Assembly: GCA_028534125.1 (NCBI GenBank)
Contig: CM052832.1
Span: forward strand, 5,892,001-5,956,000
Source of the DNA: Lama glama
Lineage: Eukaryota
DNA length: 64,000 nucleotides
Direction of reading: 5' to 3'
Shown: positions 63,236 to 64,000 of the stretch, piece by piece
Layout: every line of letters begins with the position of its first letter
How positions within the stretch are numbered: the stretch's first letter is position 1
Notes under the pieces: model-generated
The model's input: the letters and a program-made list of their open reading frames with translations, nothing else
Databases searched by the model: none
Told to the model about the DNA's origin: nothing
Translations under genes and position numbers: made by a program

Positions 63236-64000
63236 GTTATATAATTTAATTTTTAATTTTTAAGATGTCTATATATACCACCAGTTTGCAAAATTCCTGA
63301 CAATATAACAGCCAGCCCTCCAGAGCCAGTACAAGCCAGTTCCAGCCCCTCACTGCCTCCTGCCTGCCCCAGGGTCCAACCTTCACCCAAACCCAGCTTT
63401 CAGCTTCTCACTATTCCATCAGTACTGGCATGCAGACGGTAGTACCGATGAATGAGAAAAGAAACCTAGGTTCTGAATGCAGAAACGAGGAAAACAATGA
63501 ACACAAAATCTAAACATTAAATTGTCCTGAGGGACATCAGCAATATACAGACAGTACTGAAAGAAAAAATTTTCAAATGTGAATGTGACCGAGGCCAGCT
63601 CGCCTGGACACTCGCCTGGTCAAAGGGTTTACTTGTTTCTAGTGAACAGCGGCCGCAGTCCGTGCTGGGTCCTACCTTACACGGAAAATCCAGAGTTATT
63701 CTTTGAAAAGGATGCTTAAATTACCTTTATGCTATTTACTGACTTCTGGTTCTACAGAGAGTTCAATTTATCAACAAAATTGTGCAGCTTCATAAAATCC
63801 CTCACTTCTATAAACCCTTGGGGATGGTGGCAGAAAAACACTTTGTTGGAAAGAACTGTCCCTGGCTACTTAAATCAAGATCCGGGCCTGCAGTGGAGGG
63901 ATATAAAAAAAGTAAGCAATGATCCTGACAGAATCATGCTGCAACAGTGTATATTTATCCTGGGACGGACGCATAATATCCACCACTTGTTTGACAACAG

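Overview
Mammalian nuclear DNA, most likely camelid (alpaca/camel), judged from several copies of a tRNA-derived SINE of the Vic-1 type. Two spliced GPCR genes lie in tandem on the minus strand, in the known ADGRF4-OPN5 order. (1) ADGRF4/GPR115: eight coding exons at 59902-50098 with GT-AG boundaries and consistent phases give an intact 691-aa adhesion GPCR; a probable non-coding terminal exon lies at about 46.67-47.43 kb. (2) OPN5 (neuropsin): coding exons 1-4 at 21237-8979; the remaining exons, including the retinal-binding lysine, were not found and presumably lie before position 1. The rest is intronic/intergenic, with L1 fragments (several with target-site duplications), MaLR LTRs, hAT/TcMar fossils, MIR/L3, microsatellites and a 500-N assembly gap. 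The most notable non-routine feature is a ~0.9-kb direct duplication (~90% identical by eye) of ADGRF4's last coding exon plus its upstream intron, placed upstream of the first coding exon so that the two copies bracket the coding region. Smaller observations: AT-to-GC skewed patches (OPN5 exon 1, one SINE copy), an octamer tandem array, a consensus CTCF site between the genes, a start-stop uORF and a non-canonical GPS motif. I see no evidence of a wholly new multi-gene system. Ortholog comparisons and repeat family names are from memory, not from a database search.
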